This document shows, piece by piece, positions 48,012 to 50,825 of a DNA stretch of 50,825 bases. The DNA comes from Chiloscyllium plagiosum (lineage: Eukaryota). The stretch lies in assembly GCF_004010195.1 (NCBI RefSeq), contig NC_057749.1:12561773-12612597 (forward strand), read 5' to 3'. The notes under the pieces were generated by a model, which saw only the letters and a list, made by a program, of their open reading frames with translations, was not told the origin of the DNA and did no database searches. Each line of letters starts with the position of its first letter. The first letter of the stretch is position 1. A program made the position numbers and the translations under genes.

Positions 48012-50640
48012 AACATCATGGAAGCAGACCCTTCAATTCAACTCATCCAAGCAGACCAGACATACCAATCAGATATAGTGCCATTTCTCTATAAACCCTT
48101 CCTATTCATTTATCCATCCAGCTGCTGTAATTATACCCACTCCCTTTGTCAGATCGTTCCATACACATGTCATCCTCTGCCTGAAAACATTATCACCCTG
48201 GTCCTTCTTAAATCTTTCCCCTCTCACCCTAAACCTATGACCTCTAGTTTTAGACTCCCTCACCTAGGAAAAAGACCCTATCCAAGCCTCTCATCATTTC
48301 ATAAATGTCCATAATGTCACCCCTCTGACACTCCAGGCAAAAGGTCCCAGCCTATTCAACCACTCCCTCCAGTCAAACCCTCCAGTCCCAGTAAAATCCT
48401 TGTAAATCGTTTCTGTACCCCCTCAAGCTCAACAACATATTTCCAATAGAAGGGTGACCGGAATTGAACGCAGTCTTCTAAAAGTGGCCTCATCAATGTC
48501 CTTTTGTGAAGGTGCAGAGGTGTACTGTAGCTTTAAGAGAGTTGAAAAGCTAGCAAGAACTAACAAAGCACAGAGAGTCCTGAACAAGATAACAATGTAA
48601 CACTTGGTCAAAACATATAGCAGCAGATGGGTTCCCATGAAACAAAAACAAATTCAATTCGGCCAGTTTAAATTATGCCCCAAGATACCAAAATCCAATC
48701 GCATTTGAATTTAGTATTTTGATAATATTAAAACCAATCAAATGATCTGATGTTTTTGGATATAAAACTGGACATTTTGAACAGTTAGGGGGAGAACTGC
48801 CAAAGACCAACAAAGTGTAGACTGCTAGCTGAAGCGCTCTCTGAAAGGTACCTGTCAGCGGGGAGTTTGCGCAGAAGAACATCAAAGCTGACCTGGCAAG
48901 AACCTACAGAGAAAAATCTACAAAGGAGAATCGGCAAAGCTGACTGGTTTTGAAACAGAGTTTTTTTTTAGTAAATCTTAATCAGGACTTTTTTCTAAAA
49001 ATCGGAATAGCATTGTAGAGTGGGGGGTAAAAGATAGGTTTTAACAGAAAGGAGTTGTAAATAGTTGGTGGTTTTAATATTCTCTGTAGGACTTAAAGAA
49101 TAAATTTTAAGTGACCTCTGGGATAGTTTTTCGCCTCTCGAATTTTAACAGATTACAGCACGGGGTGAATCTTTTCTGTGTGGCTGGTTTACTTAGCAGA
49201 GGGGTTTATCCCATGTCGTAACAGTCCTGTACACTGCAACATGATATCCCAACTTCTATACAATGTTCTGACCAATGAAGGCAAGCGTGCCAAATGCCTT
49301 ACTCACCACCATCTCCCATGACTCCACTTTGAATGAACTGTGCACCCACACCTTTAGGTTTCTATGTTCGGTAACCATTACCATTAACTGTATAAGTCCT
49401 GTCCTGATTTGCCTTTACAAAATGCAACACCTCACATTTATCTAAAGTAAATTCCATCCACCACTCGTTGGCCTATCTGATCAATCTCCCGTTGTACTCA
49501 AAACAATCTTCTTCACTGGGCACTGCGTCACCTATTTTGGTGTCAGCTGCAAACGTACTAACCATACCTCCTATATTCACATCCAAAACATTTATATAAA
49601 TGAGGAAAAGCAGTGGACTCAACACTGATGCCTGTGGCACACCGCTGGTCACAAGTGTCCAGAAGAAAAGCAACTCTCTATCACCATCTTCTGCCTCCTT
49701 TATTCCAGCCAATTAAAATTGTCCCAAAAGGCTAGCTCCCCCTGGATTCCATGTGATTTAACCTTACTAACCAGTCTACCATGCAGTACCTTTTCCAATC
49801 ACTTTGCTGAAGTTCATTTATACAACATCTATCACTCTGTTTTCAATCTTCTTTGTCATCATTCAAAAAACTCAGTCAAGTTAGTGAGACACAATTTCCC
49901 ACATACAAAGCTATGCTGGCTATCCTAATGCAGTCCTTGCCTTTCCATATGCATGTAATCCTGTCCCTCAGAATCTCCTCCAACAACTGACTAAGAAGTC
50001 AGGCTAACCAGTTCTGGGGACTTTATCTACCTTTACATATTTTAAGAACTCTAGCACCTCTTTTGTATTATGAACTATTTTCAAAACATCACTATTTATT
50101 TCCCCAAAAACCATAGCTTCCATGTCCTTCTCCACAGTAAATACTACCTTGAAATATTTAGTATCTCCTGTGATTCCACACATAGGTGGCCACGTTGATC
50201 TCTGAAGGACCCTATTCATACCCTAATTAGTCACTTGCCCATAATTTGTGGAATGTCTTTGGATTCTCCTTAGCCCTATTTGCCAAAGCTATCGCAAGTC
50301 TGCTTTTTGCCCTCCTGATTTCCCTCTTAAGTATACTGCCCCTCAACTCCTCCAAGGATTCACTCAATCCCAGCTATAACTGACATATGCCTCCACCTTT
50401 TTCTTGACTAAACTCTCAATTTCTCTTGTCATCCAGCATTCCGTATATCTACCAGCCTTGTCCTTCATACTAATAGGAACATACTGTCTCTGAAATCTCG
50501 TTTGGAAAGTTAAAATCCCCAATCATTACAACCCTATTATTCTTACAGGTATTTGAGATCTCCTTACATATTTACTTCTCAATTTCCCGCTTACTATTGA
50601 GAAGGGCCTATACAGAGGAACCTCAATTATCTGAAGGACC
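48012..50640 (-). mobile_element. Decayed CR1-like LINE interrupted by a solo LTR
   Basis: SGVPQASVLSPLLFLIYIN and FAADTKIG (ORF 49473-49712); host reads aatgtcc|tgtacactgcaacatga across the insertion. Confidence 0.8.
48502..49223 (+). mobile_element. Solo LTR, 722 bp, with 4-bp target-site duplication GTCC
   Basis: gtcc at 48498-48501 and 49224-49227; ends tcgtaaCA with a degenerate left terminus; CCAAT motifs, tataaaa at 48761, aataaa near 49099. Confidence 0.7.
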
Positions 50641-50654
50641 ACCCCACGCTGATT

Positions 50655-50825
50655 GATGATGCCACTTCCGCCCCCATCATGGCCACTCCCACAGCCACTT
50701 CCGGCCCTCACATCATCGCTGATGCCACACGCTCAGTGACTTCCGCCACCCCTACTGCCGTGTCTGCCACCACTTCCGACCCCACCAGCGCCACTCACCT
50801 GCATTCTGCTGACACGCCCCCCCAC
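50655..50825. repeat. C-rich degenerate repeat (ccacttcc.gcccc units) running off the right edge
   Basis: Repeated ccacttccg/gatgccac motifs. Confidence 0.5.

Noticed and set aside
47624..50825. Further upstream bbs4 exons
   Set aside because: None found; the region is occupied by LINE/LTR sequence, so the rest of the gene lies beyond the window

Overview
Eukaryotic, intron-rich vertebrate DNA, most likely a shark or other elasmobranch (inferred from HE1-type tRNA SINEs, CR1/HER1-like LINEs, Penelope-type elements and a Deu-domain SINE). The + strand carries the last 16 coding exons of neogenin (neo1, 799-35093), from FNIII-3 through FNIII-6, the transmembrane helix and the cytoplasmic P1-P3 motifs. 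All junctions are GT-AG and in phase. The - strand carries the last 4 exons of bbs4 (47623-38859), tail-to-tail with neo1, with about 3.8 kb between the stop codons. Introns are full of decayed and nested retroelements, and no prokaryotic features or CRISPR arrays are present. Most notable: (1) a 261-bp, ~97% identical templated inverted duplication flanking the penultimate bbs4 exon, an architecture that favours circRNA or exon skipping; (2) a candidate intronic polyadenylation site after the 33-nt neo1 exon that would give a TM-less, possibly GPI-anchored or secreted ectodomain; (3) NOVA-type YCAY clusters at two neo1 cassette exons; (4) a DCC-length 20-aa FN4-FN5 alternative linker; (5) two neo1 splice acceptors built largely from LINE sequence; (6) a Penelope-derived inverted-repeat element with hammerhead-like cores on both strands. 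Gene identities rest on recalled homologue sequences. Repeat boundaries are approximate and were set by eye.
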